30,374 bases of DNA from a virus (lineage: Duplodnaviria; Caudoviricetes): positions 1-30,374 of IMG/VR virus record IMGVR_UViG_3300033232_000072. The stretch is one strand, 5' to 3'. Positions 1 to 8,356 of the stretch are shown one piece after another. Below the pieces are notes generated by a model. That model did no database searches and was not told where the DNA came from. It saw nothing but the letters and a program-made list of their open reading frames with translations. A program made the translations under genes and the position numbers. Within the stretch, counting starts at the first letter, position 1. Every line of letters begins with the position of its first letter.

Positions 1-26
1 GGGGGGGGGGGGGGAGGGGGGGGGGG
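1..26. other. Poly-G run at the window edge, probable sequencing artefact
   Basis: 25 of 26 bases are G and the run abuts phage sequence; typical of two-colour chemistry read tails at a contig end. Confidence 0.75.
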
Positions 27-52
27 TGTTGTTGACTACGGGTTTGGGGCTT

Positions 53-250
53 TTACTGCACATGGAGGAGGGGTCCCTGGTTAGAGTCTCTGAGCTTTTC
101 CCACAGGCCATCCAAGAGTTGCCGAGCGCCAGCCTTCATCCACATTGCTGCGGGGGAGTCGGTCGGGTCTGGACAGCGATGGGGGTATATCTCATCGAGG
201 TCACGCAGGAGCCCCTCTGGCGCTTCTAAAGAGCCAGGGATGTAGGACAT
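53..250 (-). CDS. Small T7-like phage protein downstream of the exonuclease (gp6.5-like position)
   Basis: 65-aa ORF preceded by AGAAAGG and by the promoter-like copy at 274-294; LDEIYPHRCPD...WMKAGARQ resembles conserved small proteins of T7-like phages. Confidence 0.65.
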   Translation of the reverse strand: MSYIPGSLEAPEGLLRDLDEIYPHRCPDPTDSPAAMWMKAGARQLLDGLWEKLRDSNQGPLLHVQ

Positions 251-273
251 TCAGGGGGCCTTTCTAATGGATG

Positions 274-294
274 CCTATGCTAGAGTCGGGGTAT
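274..294 (-). promoter_or_regulatory. Putative phage RNA polymerase promoter, copy 3 (ATACCCCGACTCTAGCATAGG)
   Basis: 18/21 identical to the repeat at 9739 and 10700; contains CGACTC..ATAGG like the T7 promoter; intergenic, at about the T7 phi6.5 position. Confidence 0.7.
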
Positions 295-314
295 CCCTAA
301 GGAACCCCGTAGGC

Positions 315-695
315 TCAGGCATTGGCGGGGAGGTCGCCATCGGACAACATCTGGCGGTATATCTGGATGACGTGGATGGCCTTGTCGAGGTCTTCACGGC
401 GCTTCGCCAAGTCACCCTTACGGCGGGTCACGTACTTGATGACCTTGGCCTGGCAGGCGTTGAGGCCGTTGACCATAGCGAAGTGAAGCGGCTGGATGGT
501 GAAGTCCTTGTAGTGGTCTCCGCCGACTTGGGTATCTGCGGGGGCGGGGGCGGTGCGCTCTACCATCTTCGGAGTCCAGTTCCGCAACACCAGCGGGTCC
601 TTCGTGTGGTCGAAGCAGGACCAGCAGATGCTCGGGCAGTCGTTGAGGGTGCGACCCTGGAGGTGGTGGGTGCATGAGTTGCAATCAGGTGTCAT
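315..695 (-). CDS. DUF3310 (SaV-like / gp1.7-related) protein with Cys-rich N-terminus
   Basis: QVGGDHYK..IQP...NACQAKVIKYVTR..K...EDLDKA signature; CxxC motifs in the N-terminal part. Confidence 0.8.
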   Translation of the reverse strand: MTPDCNSCTHHLQGRTLNDCPSICWSCFDHTKDPLVLRNWTPKMVERTAPAPADTQVGGDHYKDFTIQPLHFAMVNGLNACQAKVIKYVTRRKGDLAKRREDLDKAIHVIQIYRQMLSDGDLPANA

Positions 696-804
696 TCGGC
701 ATGGCCTTCGTGATTTTGGTGAGGGCGTCGAGGAGGTCGTTGAGGGTTGCGTTGCGGTCCAGCGAGGCGAGGGCTGCTCTGATTTTCACCAGGGATGCCT
801 CCAT
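685..804 (-). CDS. Small hypothetical protein (39 aa, MEASLVKIRAAL...)
   Basis: Translated by hand; fills the gap between the exonuclease and DUF3310 genes on the coding strand. Confidence 0.4.
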   Translation of the reverse strand: MEASLVKIRAALASLDRNATLNDLLDALTKITKAMPNDT

Positions 805-818
805 CGCCTGAACTGTTC

Positions 819-1691
819 CTATTGGGTAGTCGGGGGATTCCACGGGATGACCTGTTTGGTTTTGAAGCAGTAATCACAGGCACGCAGGATGCGGGCACAG
901 CGGGCTTGGGTGAGGGCGTCCTCTTCAGTGAGACCTGCCTTGGCGTACAGAGACACAATCCCGGACCACACATCAGGACACTCAAGCTCCTTCGTGTGGC
1001 GGGTCTCGAAGGTCCCCTTGCGTGGTCCACTTTTGAACTCATGCTCGTGGGGGACCAGCAGGTAGTTCCTATCGAGGAAGTCTTCAGCAGCCGCCGGGCC
1101 GACACCGGGGCAGCCCGTGTAGTGGTCCGTGGCGTCACCGATGAGGCTCTGGTAGAGGTGGTAGCGTTCGGCCTCTTCCGTGGTCACCAGGCGTGGCTTG
1201 GAGTCCTTGGCGGGGTTGTAGAGCCACCCCGGAATGGTCTTCATGTCCTTGTCTTCGGACACGATGATTTTCTTGCCGGGGATGAGGGTGGGATGCGTGG
1301 AGAGAATCCCCATCACATCATCAGCCTCCAGTGAGGGACGCGCATAGGTCCGGTAGTTGTCCGCCATGTGGTCCTTGATGGCACCGAGGAGGACAGGCCG
1401 GTTGTCGTAGTCGCGGTTCCCCTTGTAGCTCGGCAGGACCCCCAGGCGGAAGTTCTCCTCGTGGGGACAGGACAGGCAGATAATCAGCTCGTCGGCCTTC
1501 AGGTTCGTCTTCAGGTCAGCCAGCCATACATCCACTTCGGCAGCCACTTGCTCCAGCGGGGTGACCGTCACGGTCTTCACGCCGTTGCCCCACTCGTAGC
1601 TCTCCTGATTCGAGGAGGCGAACTTGAAGGCCACGATGTCGGCGTCTACCAGGAGGGTCGTGTAGGGTCTGTCAGTCACCGCGTTCACCAC
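819..1691 (-). CDS. gp6: 5'-3' exonuclease (T7 gp6 / FEN family)
   Basis: LLVDADIV, YKGNR, LEADDVMGI, SEDKDMKTIPG and GDATDHYTGCPGVG motifs; syntenic with T7 gene 6. Confidence 0.95.
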   Translation of the reverse strand: MVNAVTDRPYTTLLVDADIVAFKFASSNQESYEWGNGVKTVTVTPLEQVAAEVDVWLADLKTNLKADELIICLSCPHEENFRLGVLPSYKGNRDYDNRPVLLGAIKDHMADNYRTYARPSLEADDVMGILSTHPTLIPGKKIIVSEDKDMKTIPGWLYNPAKDSKPRLVTTEEAERYHLYQSLIGDATDHYTGCPGVGPAAAEDFLDRNYLLVPHEHEFKSGPRKGTFETRHTKELECPDVWSGIVSLYAKAGLTEEDALTQARCARILRACDYCFKTKQVIPWNPPTTQ

Positions 1692-2242
1692 CGGAAGTTG
1701 ACGCCGGCCCCCACGTAGTAGGCCCCGTCAGAATCCAGGTGCGCTACTCCGCCGAGGTTCACGGCTTTGAGTTGAATGAGGTCCTGAGTCAGCCCAAGCC
1801 GAGCTACAGGGGTACTGTTGCGGAGCCCGTAGGAGAGGCTCAGGGACCCTGAAGGGTTGTGGCCTAGCCAAGGGTAGGGATCGACTCTTATGACAGCCTG
1901 GGAGGCCCCTGTAGCCTCATCCAGGACCACCGCCACGGTCTGAGCGCGAAAGCTGGGTTCCACCCGGGAAGCCGAGAGGACGTGCTGCTTGGGGTCCTCC
2001 TGAATTCTCTTCGGGAGATGCAGCTTGAGCTTGGCTGCGGGCGCGTAGGCCGTGACCACAGGCGGGGCGATGTCCACCTTGGGGACTGAGGAGACTGCGG
2101 GGGCTTCGGCAGGGGTGCTCCAGGTGGACTTCAGTTTGTGACTGCCTACCCACAGCACAGCCCCGACAAGGGCGCCCAGCAGCACAGCAGTCACCACATA
2201 GGCAGGCCACAACGGCCATCGCCTGCTAAGGTACGTCATCAT
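1685..2242 (-). CDS. Membrane protein with N-terminal TMD and C-terminal beta-signal-like tail
   Basis: Hydrophobic LWPAYVVTAVLLGALVGAVLWVG, Pro/Ala-rich linker, ends GAYYVGAGVNFRW; overlaps both neighbours. Confidence 0.7.
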   Translation of the reverse strand: MMTYLSRRWPLWPAYVVTAVLLGALVGAVLWVGSHKLKSTWSTPAEAPAVSSVPKVDIAPPVVTAYAPAAKLKLHLPKRIQEDPKQHVLSASRVEPSFRAQTVAVVLDEATGASQAVIRVDPYPWLGHNPSGSLSLSYGLRNSTPVARLGLTQDLIQLKAVNLGGVAHLDSDGAYYVGAGVNFRW

Positions 2243-2537
2243 GTTTTGTCTGCTCCAGAAAGTTGAGGCCCTCCACGGTCGGTCGCCAGAGGTGGCCGTA
2301 GTTGCGTGAGTGCGGGTGGATACGGGTGGTGAGGTAGCCCAGGCTTGCCGCGACAGCCAGCTCGTAAGCGTGAAGTCGGGCGAAGTTGGACTGGAGGGAT
2401 ACGGGGGCCTGGTAGGCGTGGCGGATTACTGAAGCCAGCCCGGCCTCCTGGTCAATGGGTTGCTGCCCAGTTGTTGCCAACTTTGTACTCCCCGGTGATG
2501 GGTACGCGGAACTCGAACAGCTTGCCGGTATATTCAA
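2226..2537 (-). CDS. gp5.7: T7 gp5.7-like protein (real start probably near 2450)
   Basis: LQSNFARLHAYELAVAASLGYLTT...W.PT..GLNFL parallels T7 gp5.7 FQSNYVRNNASLVAEAASRGHIS...W..T..G.RFL; directly after the polymerase. Confidence 0.8.
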   Translation of the reverse strand: MNIPASCSSSAYPSPGSTKLATTGQQPIDQEAGLASVIRHAYQAPVSLQSNFARLHAYELAVAASLGYLTTRIHPHSRNYGHLWRPTVEGLNFLEQTKHDDVP

Positions 2538-4497
2538 TGGACTCCACAGCCAGCCTACCTACCAAGTCAGCGATGTCCGGGTCACACTCAACCTGGATTT
2601 CATCGTGGACCCACGCCACCTGTTGAGCGCGGCTGGGGGTGATGTGGTTCAGGCCGAGGGCTTCATCGAACAGCGTGAGCCACATCTTCGACAACACTGC
2701 ACCGGCCCCCTGGAGGAGCGTGTTCAGTGCTGCGTGGGCGTGGCGTACCGGGATGCGGCGCCCATCGAGGCCAATGAGGTGGCCCTTCTTGGCGGCCTCG
2801 CCAACAGCCTTGATGAGTTCCCCGAGGGCGGGGGTCTTCTTCAGGAAGCGGCTCTTCAGCTTGCCCCCCTCGTCAGCCCCCTTGCCCACGATGGAGCCCA
2901 GCTTGTCGGCGCCGGCCCCGTACAGGAAGGCGTAGATGAACGTCTTCGCCATGTCCCGTGTAGGCAGCCCGGCGGCCTCCTGGTTGGCCTTGTGGATGTC
3001 TCCATCGACCACGATGCGGCCATAGGCGCCACCATCGAAGCGGGCCATGTAGTGGGCCAGGCAGCGCAGCTCGATACCGGACATGTCGATGCCTACCAGG
3101 ACCTTGCCGGGGGACGGGCCGAACAGCGCGCGGCACTCCTTACCGTAGGGCGAGTAGACAGCGGGGACCTGGCCGAGGTTGGGGCGCATGTGGGTGGCGC
3201 GGCCTGTGACTGCACCGTTGGTCACCATCTGCCCGTGGATGCGGCCGTTCTTCTCGTGCCGGAGCCACGCTTCCTTGCCTTCAACGAGCTGCCCGAGGCG
3301 CTTGGTAATCATCAGGTACTCTGAGAAGACCTTCGCTTCCGGGTAGGGGAGACCGTCGAGGACCGTCTCGTCCACCTTCGGCTTGCCATCGGTTGTGAAC
3401 TCCGTGGGCTCCCACTTGTAGAGGGACTTCAGCCAGATGGCGATGTGGTCCCGTGAGCCGGGGTTGAACTCGACCAGCTTGAGCTTCTGATAGGGGGCGC
3501 CCATCGTGAAGTCGTAGGACTTGAAGGCGTGGCCGGTGAGGACCTTCGCCTCCCCCTTGCCTGTGAAGATGGGGCGCTCGTAGTTGACGCCGAGGAGTTC
3601 CTCCTGGTCTCTGCGGGAGACTGAAGGGACCACCGGCTGACCCACCACGAAGTACCGTGGCCGGAACGTAGCCATGACCTTCGCTTCGATTTCCAGCTTG
3701 GCCTTGACGAGGGTGGCGTAGAGGGAGCCCGCGGCTTCGGTGTTGAAGGCGAACCCATAGGTCTCCTGCCGGGCCACGATGCGGGCCACTGCGTTCTCCA
3801 GCTCCAGCGCCATGACGGCAGGGGACTTCGAGAGGAGCTTCTTCCAGAGGCGTGCGGTGACCTCCACGTCCTGGACGCAGTAGTCCTCCATCTCCTGGTT
3901 CCACTTGGACCAGCGTTCGGCGTAGGCCACCTTCCAGGCTGCCACCCAGTCACGGTACAGGCTGACGTGGGCGGAATACTCGCCGGGGGTGGTGGGTGTC
4001 CGCAGCTCGGCCATGACTTCAGCGACAAGCAGCGGGTCCCCTTTGTATTCCCCTTTGAGACACTTCAGGCGATACCCCCAGGACTCCAGCGATTGGCGCC
4101 GGAAGAGATGCCCCGGCAGGATGCCTTTCTTGAGGAGCCCTGCGTCGGCATTCGAGAGGTCCGGGTAGACCAGGCGGGCCATGACGAGGGTGTCCCACAC
4201 CTGCGTTGCCACAGGCTGGAACCACGGGAATATTTTCTGGATTGCAGGCACATCGAACTTGATGGCGTTATGGCCTACGATGTGGCCGCCCTGTTCGGTG
4301 TGAGTTTGTAGGAGGTGGACACCATCGGCTATGGGGGACCTGTTGGTGCCCTGGTCGTTGAAGACCCTGGTGATGCCTGAGGCGAGGTCGCGGATGACGA
4401 GGACGTGTATCTTGTCCATCTCATCCAGCAGGCCATTCGTCTCACAATCGAAAGCCAGTACCCTTTCGGGGACCGCTTCCGGCCCCCAGGGGCTCAA
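2452..4497 (-). CDS. gp5: Family A DNA polymerase with 3'-5' exonuclease (T7 gp5-like)
   Basis: ExoI FDCETNG, ExoII GHNAIKFD, ExoIII YCVQDV; motif A DMSGIELR, motif B RDMAKTFIYAFLYGAG, motif C VHDE; FNPGSRDHI. Confidence 0.98.
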   Translation of the reverse strand: MSPWGPEAVPERVLAFDCETNGLLDEMDKIHVLVIRDLASGITRVFNDQGTNRSPIADGVHLLQTHTEQGGHIVGHNAIKFDVPAIQKIFPWFQPVATQVWDTLVMARLVYPDLSNADAGLLKKGILPGHLFRRQSLESWGYRLKCLKGEYKGDPLLVAEVMAELRTPTTPGEYSAHVSLYRDWVAAWKVAYAERWSKWNQEMEDYCVQDVEVTARLWKKLLSKSPAVMALELENAVARIVARQETYGFAFNTEAAGSLYATLVKAKLEIEAKVMATFRPRYFVVGQPVVPSVSRRDQEELLGVNYERPIFTGKGEAKVLTGHAFKSYDFTMGAPYQKLKLVEFNPGSRDHIAIWLKSLYKWEPTEFTTDGKPKVDETVLDGLPYPEAKVFSEYLMITKRLGQLVEGKEAWLRHEKNGRIHGQMVTNGAVTGRATHMRPNLGQVPAVYSPYGKECRALFGPSPGKVLVGIDMSGIELRCLAHYMARFDGGAYGRIVVDGDIHKANQEAAGLPTRDMAKTFIYAFLYGAGADKLGSIVGKGADEGGKLKSRFLKKTPALGELIKAVGEAAKKGHLIGLDGRRIPVRHAHAALNTLLQGAGAVLSKMWLTLFDEALGLNHITPSRAQQVAWVHDEIQVECDPDIADLVGRLAVESIEYTGKLFEFRVPITGEYKVGNNWAATH

Positions 4498-4793
4498 GCT
4501 ACGGGGCCAATCAATGCACGCACGCGGTCGGCCGCTGCCAGGGCTTCTTCAGCTTCGCAGTCCAGGGCCATCGACTTCATCGTCAGCGTGGCGATGTCGG
4601 TCTCCAGGTCCAGGATGCGGTTGTCGGCGATGTCAGCCTGAGAATACTTGCGGTCGGCCAGCTTCTCCAGCCGCACCACGGCCTTGCTGAAGGTGTCCAT
4701 GATGGAGCCCACCGAGCGGGGGGCGAACAGGGATGCCACGGAGTCGGTGATGGCAGACATCGAGACTACGATTGCAGATGCGATGCGGTTCAT
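4494..4793 (-). CDS. Hypothetical coiled-coil protein (99 aa, gp4.3-like position)
   Basis: ATG at 4793 with RBS AAAAGGACCC; helical sequence; stop overlaps the polymerase start. The longer tracked ORF (to 5177) overlaps gp4 and is not used. Confidence 0.7.
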   Translation of the reverse strand: MNRIASAIVVSMSAITDSVASLFAPRSVGSIMDTFSKAVVRLEKLADRKYSQADIADNRILDLETDIATLTMKSMALDCEAEEALAAADRVRALIGPVA

Positions 4794-4807
4794 GGTGTGG
4801 GTCCTTT

Positions 4808-4996
4808 TCAGTTCTTGATGGTGGCGGTCAGGTCCAGAGCCAGCTCGGTGTTGACTCGCTCCAGGGCTGCGTTCTGCTTGGCTGCTTGGGCCAGTTGATC
4901 GACCAGCCAAAGGTGGTCGTGGGCGGCAGTCATGCGCTCCTTGGCGATGGCTGCGGCGTGGGCTTTGCGGGACAGGAAGGGGAGGCGGAGTTTCAT
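4808..4996 (-). CDS. Hypothetical protein (62 aa)
   Basis: RBS AAAGGAACCACC; sits between the helicase stop and the next gene. Confidence 0.65.
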   Translation of the reverse strand: MKLRLPFLSRKAHAAAIAKERMTAAHDHLWLVDQLAQAAKQNAALERVNTELALDLTATIKN

Positions 4997-5010
4997 TTGG
5001 TGGTTCCTTT

Positions 5011-6633
5011 TCAGAAATCAGGCTTGGTGGAAGTGAAGGGGTTGGCGGTGTCACTCTCGATGACCCCGGGGGCCTCCGAGAGGAGTCCAGTGTCGTGGTC
5101 GTACTTGAGGCGGATGACCTTGCCAGTGGCGCGGCCGGTGTTGCGGTCCTTGAGGCAGCGGAGGGTGGTTGTTGCACGTTCCTCAGAGTCGTCTGCCTGT
5201 TGATCGCGCTCTAGGCCGAATAAAAAGTGGGTCCAGAAGCCGATGGTGCGGGAGCCCCTGAAGTGGCGGATAGCTACCCGGCCGCCTTCCTCATGGGGTT
5301 TCCCCTCAGGGGTGGCGAGGTGGGAGACGTAATGGATGCACGCTCCGGTGGTCTTGGAGAGCCCAGCCAGTTCGCCCATGATGACCTTCAGCGCCCCGTT
5401 CTCGTCCTCTTCACCAGCCACAAGGGCAGTGAGGTGGTCGAGGTAGATGTGGGTGCAGCCGAGGGAGACAATCATGTAGCGCATCTTGGCCTTCACGGTC
5501 TCCCAGTCGTTCATACCCCAGGAGTCGTAGAGGGCCAGCCGGCCGAGGCTGCCCACCTCTCGGATGGCAGCTTCGCGGATGTCCGTAGGGGTCTCTCCAG
5601 GGACGTGAAGGACGCGGCCTATCCACTTGCCCGCCGTGCGGACCAGCGTGTCCACCTTGTCCTGCTCCAGGAACAGAGCTCCCACCATGTAGCCCTGGCG
5701 GATGTCGAAGGCCATGCTCTGTGTGAACAGGTCTGTCTTCCCCACGCCTGTCCCTGCACCGAACCCATAGAGTTCTCCGGGGCGCCGGCCGTAGGTGAGG
5801 CGGGTGAGTTCCGGGAGGAACCACGCACTGCCCACTACAGGCTCCGTGCAGGCATCCTCGATAAGGTCCCCTGCCATGACCACGCCTTCTGGTCGGTAGG
5901 CTTTGGCTCCCCATATCGCGTCGATGACTTCACTACCTCTGCCGGCCACCAGCATTTCGTTGGGGTCCTTCAGGGGCAGTGAGGCTACCTTGCATTTACC
6001 TGGGGAGAACAGCGGGGCGCACTCCTCGACAGCCTCGCGGCCGGGGTCGTCCATGTCGAACATCAGGACCACAGTGTCGAACTGCTCTAGCCACTCAAGG
6101 TGGGTCGATAGAGCTTTCTTCGCGGACTGGGCACCATTGGCGATGGAGACTACGGGCCATTTGTTGTTCTGGAGCTGGGACACCGTGAGGGCATCTATCT
6201 CGCCCTCGGTGACCACCACCATCCTGCCGCCATCACGCCAGAGCTGCTGACCGAAGAGGCCGGCACGCTTGGGTTCTCCGATGAACTTGAAGGACTTGTC
6301 GGCGTAGCGGAGCTTCTGAGCTACGAGCGTGAGGCCATCGTAATACGGGGCAATCTGGCAGGAGCGGCCGGCCTTGTCCTCGCCCACGAGGTATCCGAAC
6401 TTGGAACAGGTGGCCTCGGAGATGCCGCGCTTGGAGAGGGCCTTCACGCCACCACTGAGGAGGTCACCTTTCGGTTTCCCTTCAGTGGCCTGGCGGGGCT
6501 CCTCCCCGTCTCCCTTCACGTAGGCCTGGCAGGCGTGACAGTATTCATGCCCGTCATCGTAGAGGCTATTGGCATCACTGGACCCACACCCACCGCACGG
6601 AATGTGCCGGACAAACTGCGAGTCATCAGCCAT
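5011..6633 (-). CDS. gp4: DNA primase/helicase (T7 gp4-like: Zn ribbon, TOPRIM, DnaB-like SF4 helicase)
   Basis: CGGC..CHAC zinc ribbon, EGEIDAL and FDMD TOPRIM motifs, Walker A AGTGVGKT, LDHL, VSHL, LKDR. Confidence 0.97.
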   Translation of the reverse strand: MADDSQFVRHIPCGGCGSSDANSLYDDGHEYCHACQAYVKGDGEEPRQATEGKPKGDLLSGGVKALSKRGISEATCSKFGYLVGEDKAGRSCQIAPYYDGLTLVAQKLRYADKSFKFIGEPKRAGLFGQQLWRDGGRMVVVTEGEIDALTVSQLQNNKWPVVSIANGAQSAKKALSTHLEWLEQFDTVVLMFDMDDPGREAVEECAPLFSPGKCKVASLPLKDPNEMLVAGRGSEVIDAIWGAKAYRPEGVVMAGDLIEDACTEPVVGSAWFLPELTRLTYGRRPGELYGFGAGTGVGKTDLFTQSMAFDIRQGYMVGALFLEQDKVDTLVRTAGKWIGRVLHVPGETPTDIREAAIREVGSLGRLALYDSWGMNDWETVKAKMRYMIVSLGCTHIYLDHLTALVAGEEDENGALKVIMGELAGLSKTTGACIHYVSHLATPEGKPHEEGGRVAIRHFRGSRTIGFWTHFLFGLERDQQADDSEERATTTLRCLKDRNTGRATGKVIRLKYDHDTGLLSEAPGVIESDTANPFTSTKPDF

Positions 6634-6803
6634 CAGTTGGCTTTGCGCGGGCGCGGCCGATGCGGACCTCTGCGGGGGCCACTGGCAGCCCGTTCAAGGG
6701 ACCGCTCCAGGGACTTGAAGATGACCGTGCCGAGGCGCGTGCTGGTGACCTTTGCGGGGAGCCGGCAGAAGGCTTCTTCAATGGCTGTGAGTGGGCGGCT
6801 CAT
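6633..6803 (-). CDS. Small basic hypothetical protein (56 aa, MSRPLTAIEEAF...)
   Basis: Translated by hand; ATGA overlap with the upstream gene and TGATG overlap with gp4. Confidence 0.55.
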   Translation of the reverse strand: MSRPLTAIEEAFCRLPAKVTSTRLGTVIFKSLERSLERAASGPRRGPHRPRPRKAN

Positions 6804-7156
6804 TGCACAATCTCCACGTCCTTGATTGCGTACCAGCCACAGGAACCATTGCTGAACTGGACCTTCACCTCGCCTGGGTAGTTGAGGTGGTCCACCACGT
6901 TGGCGATGACGCCGAGGGGGGTCTTGACCTTCATGCCCAGCGTGAGCTTGCCCTGGTAGCGGTAGAAGGTGAAGGTGGTCCCTTCAGGGCCTTCGCAGGA
7001 TTCCGTCTTGATGACATGCGCGTCACGGCGGAGGCCCTGGATAGCCACCGGCAGGCGGAAGTAACCGAACATGCTCATGGCCTTCGCGTTGTCCAGGGAG
7101 TGGCCCTGCTTGAGGTAGCTGAGGACTTTGGCTTTGATGGTCTGTTTCTGTTTCAT
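6800..7156 (-). CDS. Winged helix-turn-helix protein (HTH_39-like N-terminus)
   Basis: KVLSYLKQGHSLDNAKAMSMFGYFRLPVAIQGLRR..HVIKT pattern; RBS AAAGGAACCACC. Confidence 0.75.
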   Translation of the reverse strand: MKQKQTIKAKVLSYLKQGHSLDNAKAMSMFGYFRLPVAIQGLRRDAHVIKTESCEGPEGTTFTFYRYQGKLTLGMKVKTPLGVIANVVDHLNYPGEVKVQFSNGSCGWYAIKDVEIVQ

Positions 7157-7169
7157 GCGGTGGTTCCTT

Positions 7170-7271
7170 TCAGATGAGGGCGAGGTTGCGTGGGTAGCCG
7201 GGAGTGGTCATCCATGAACGCAAGCGGCTGACCTCCAGCCACCTACGCCACAGCTCACGCAGTTGTTGCAT
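7170..7271 (-). CDS. Possible 33-aa protein (MQQLRELWRRWL...)
   Basis: Translated by hand; fills the gap after the amidase; weak RBS. Confidence 0.3.
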   Translation of the reverse strand: MQQLRELWRRWLEVSRLRSWMTTPGYPRNLALI

Positions 7272-7701
7272 CGCCTTTGAGCCAGGAGCGGACGCTGAAG
7301 CACGGGCAGTCCTTCTTCACGCCGGGGATGTCGCGGTGGCCGAGGATGGTCGCCTTCCTGTAGACCCCGGAGAGCTTCTTCAGGAGACCCCGGAGAGCGT
7401 CCTTCTGAGCCGCGGTGAAGTTGTCCACGGACTTGCCCTCAGCGTCCACGCCACCCACCAGGCAGATGCCGACGGAGTGCTGGTTGTGGCCCTGAACGTG
7501 GGCCCCCATCTCGGTCAGCTTGCGGCCTTCCTGAACGTGGCCGGCAGTGGTGATGACGAAGTGGTAGCCGACTTTGGACCAGCCCTGCTTGCGGTGCCAG
7601 CGGTCGATTTCGTGAACGTCAATCCGCGGGAGCGGCTGGGAGGCTGAACAGTGGACCACGAGGTACTTGACCATCTCCGGGGAGAGGGGCTTGAGTGCCA
7701 T
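7255..7701 (-). CDS. gp3.5: N-acetylmuramoyl-L-alanine amidase (T7 lysozyme gp3.5-like)
   Basis: VVHCSA, IDRWH, GYHFVI, GAHV.GHN, SVGICLVGG, GHRD, KDCPCF (Zn ligands H/H/C). Confidence 0.96.
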   Translation of the reverse strand: MALKPLSPEMVKYLVVHCSASQPLPRIDVHEIDRWHRKQGWSKVGYHFVITTAGHVQEGRKLTEMGAHVQGHNQHSVGICLVGGVDAEGKSVDNFTAAQKDALRGLLKKLSGVYRKATILGHRDIPGVKKDCPCFSVRSWLKGDATTA

Positions 7702-7931
7702 TATTTCTCGGGCTTTCGGTGGCCGTGAAGGACCAGCCAGGCGGTCAGGTGGCGGTGGAGTTCCTTCACCTGTTCGGGCACCAGGAAGATACCGTTGCCG
7801 TTGCCGTACATGTCATCAAAGTAGAGACGGCCGCCCTCCGGCTGGCAGTTGTCCTCTTCCACCAGAAGGCAGTCACCAGCGTCATCGGTGTTGTCGCGGA
7901 GGAACAGGTCGTCCATGCGGGTCTTGTTCAT
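7701..7931 (-). CDS. Hypothetical protein (76 aa)
   Basis: Start and stop overlap both neighbours. Confidence 0.65.
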   Translation of the reverse strand: MNKTRMDDLFLRDNTDDAGDCLLVEEDNCQPEGGRLYFDDMYGNGNGIFLVPEQVKELHRHLTAWLVLHGHRKPEK

Positions 7932-8356
7932 TTATATTTCCTTTTGCGTTTGAGCTTCTCGGCCAGCCACGCAGGGGGGATGAGCTTGTCGGCATACTTG
8001 AAGCCGTTCTTCTCACACCATGCTGCGTGGGTCGTCGGGGAGCCCTTGTAGAGTTTCGCCTTGGAGCTGCTGAAGACGAATCGGATGTCGAGGTGGGGGT
8101 GTTGGGCTTTCACCAGAAGATGCTTCTTCCTGTCCTCAGCGTCGAAGATACCCTTGGACTCCACGATGATTCCGTTCGGGAGTTGAAAATCAGCGGTGTA
8201 TTTGTGCTGGCTTTCAGGTTTCGTGTAGGGAATCACCAGGGACTCGTAGTCGGACTCGATGCCGGCCTCTGTGAGCTGCTTCGCAATGCGCTCCTCAAGA
8301 CCTGAGCGGTACTTGGCAGCGCAATGGAAGCGGCGTTTAGAAGTCGAGGTCGTCAT
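7928..8356 (-). CDS. gp3: Endonuclease I / Holliday junction resolvase (T7 gp3-like)
   Basis: YRSGLE, YTADF, IIVESKG, DRKKHLLVK.QHP.LDIRFVF, WCEKNGF, IP..WL; start assigned to the ATG overlapping the SSB tail. Confidence 0.95.
   Translation of the reverse strand: MTTSTSKRRFHCAAKYRSGLEERIAKQLTEAGIESDYESLVIPYTKPESQHKYTADFQLPNGIIVESKGIFDAEDRKKHLLVKAQHPHLDIRFVFSSSKAKLYKGSPTTHAAWCEKNGFKYADKLIPPAWLAEKLKRKRKYK

Noticed and set aside
1-26. Poly-G tract as a G-quadruplex or terminal structure
   Set aside because: It sits at the very edge of the sequence and matches a common sequencing artefact.
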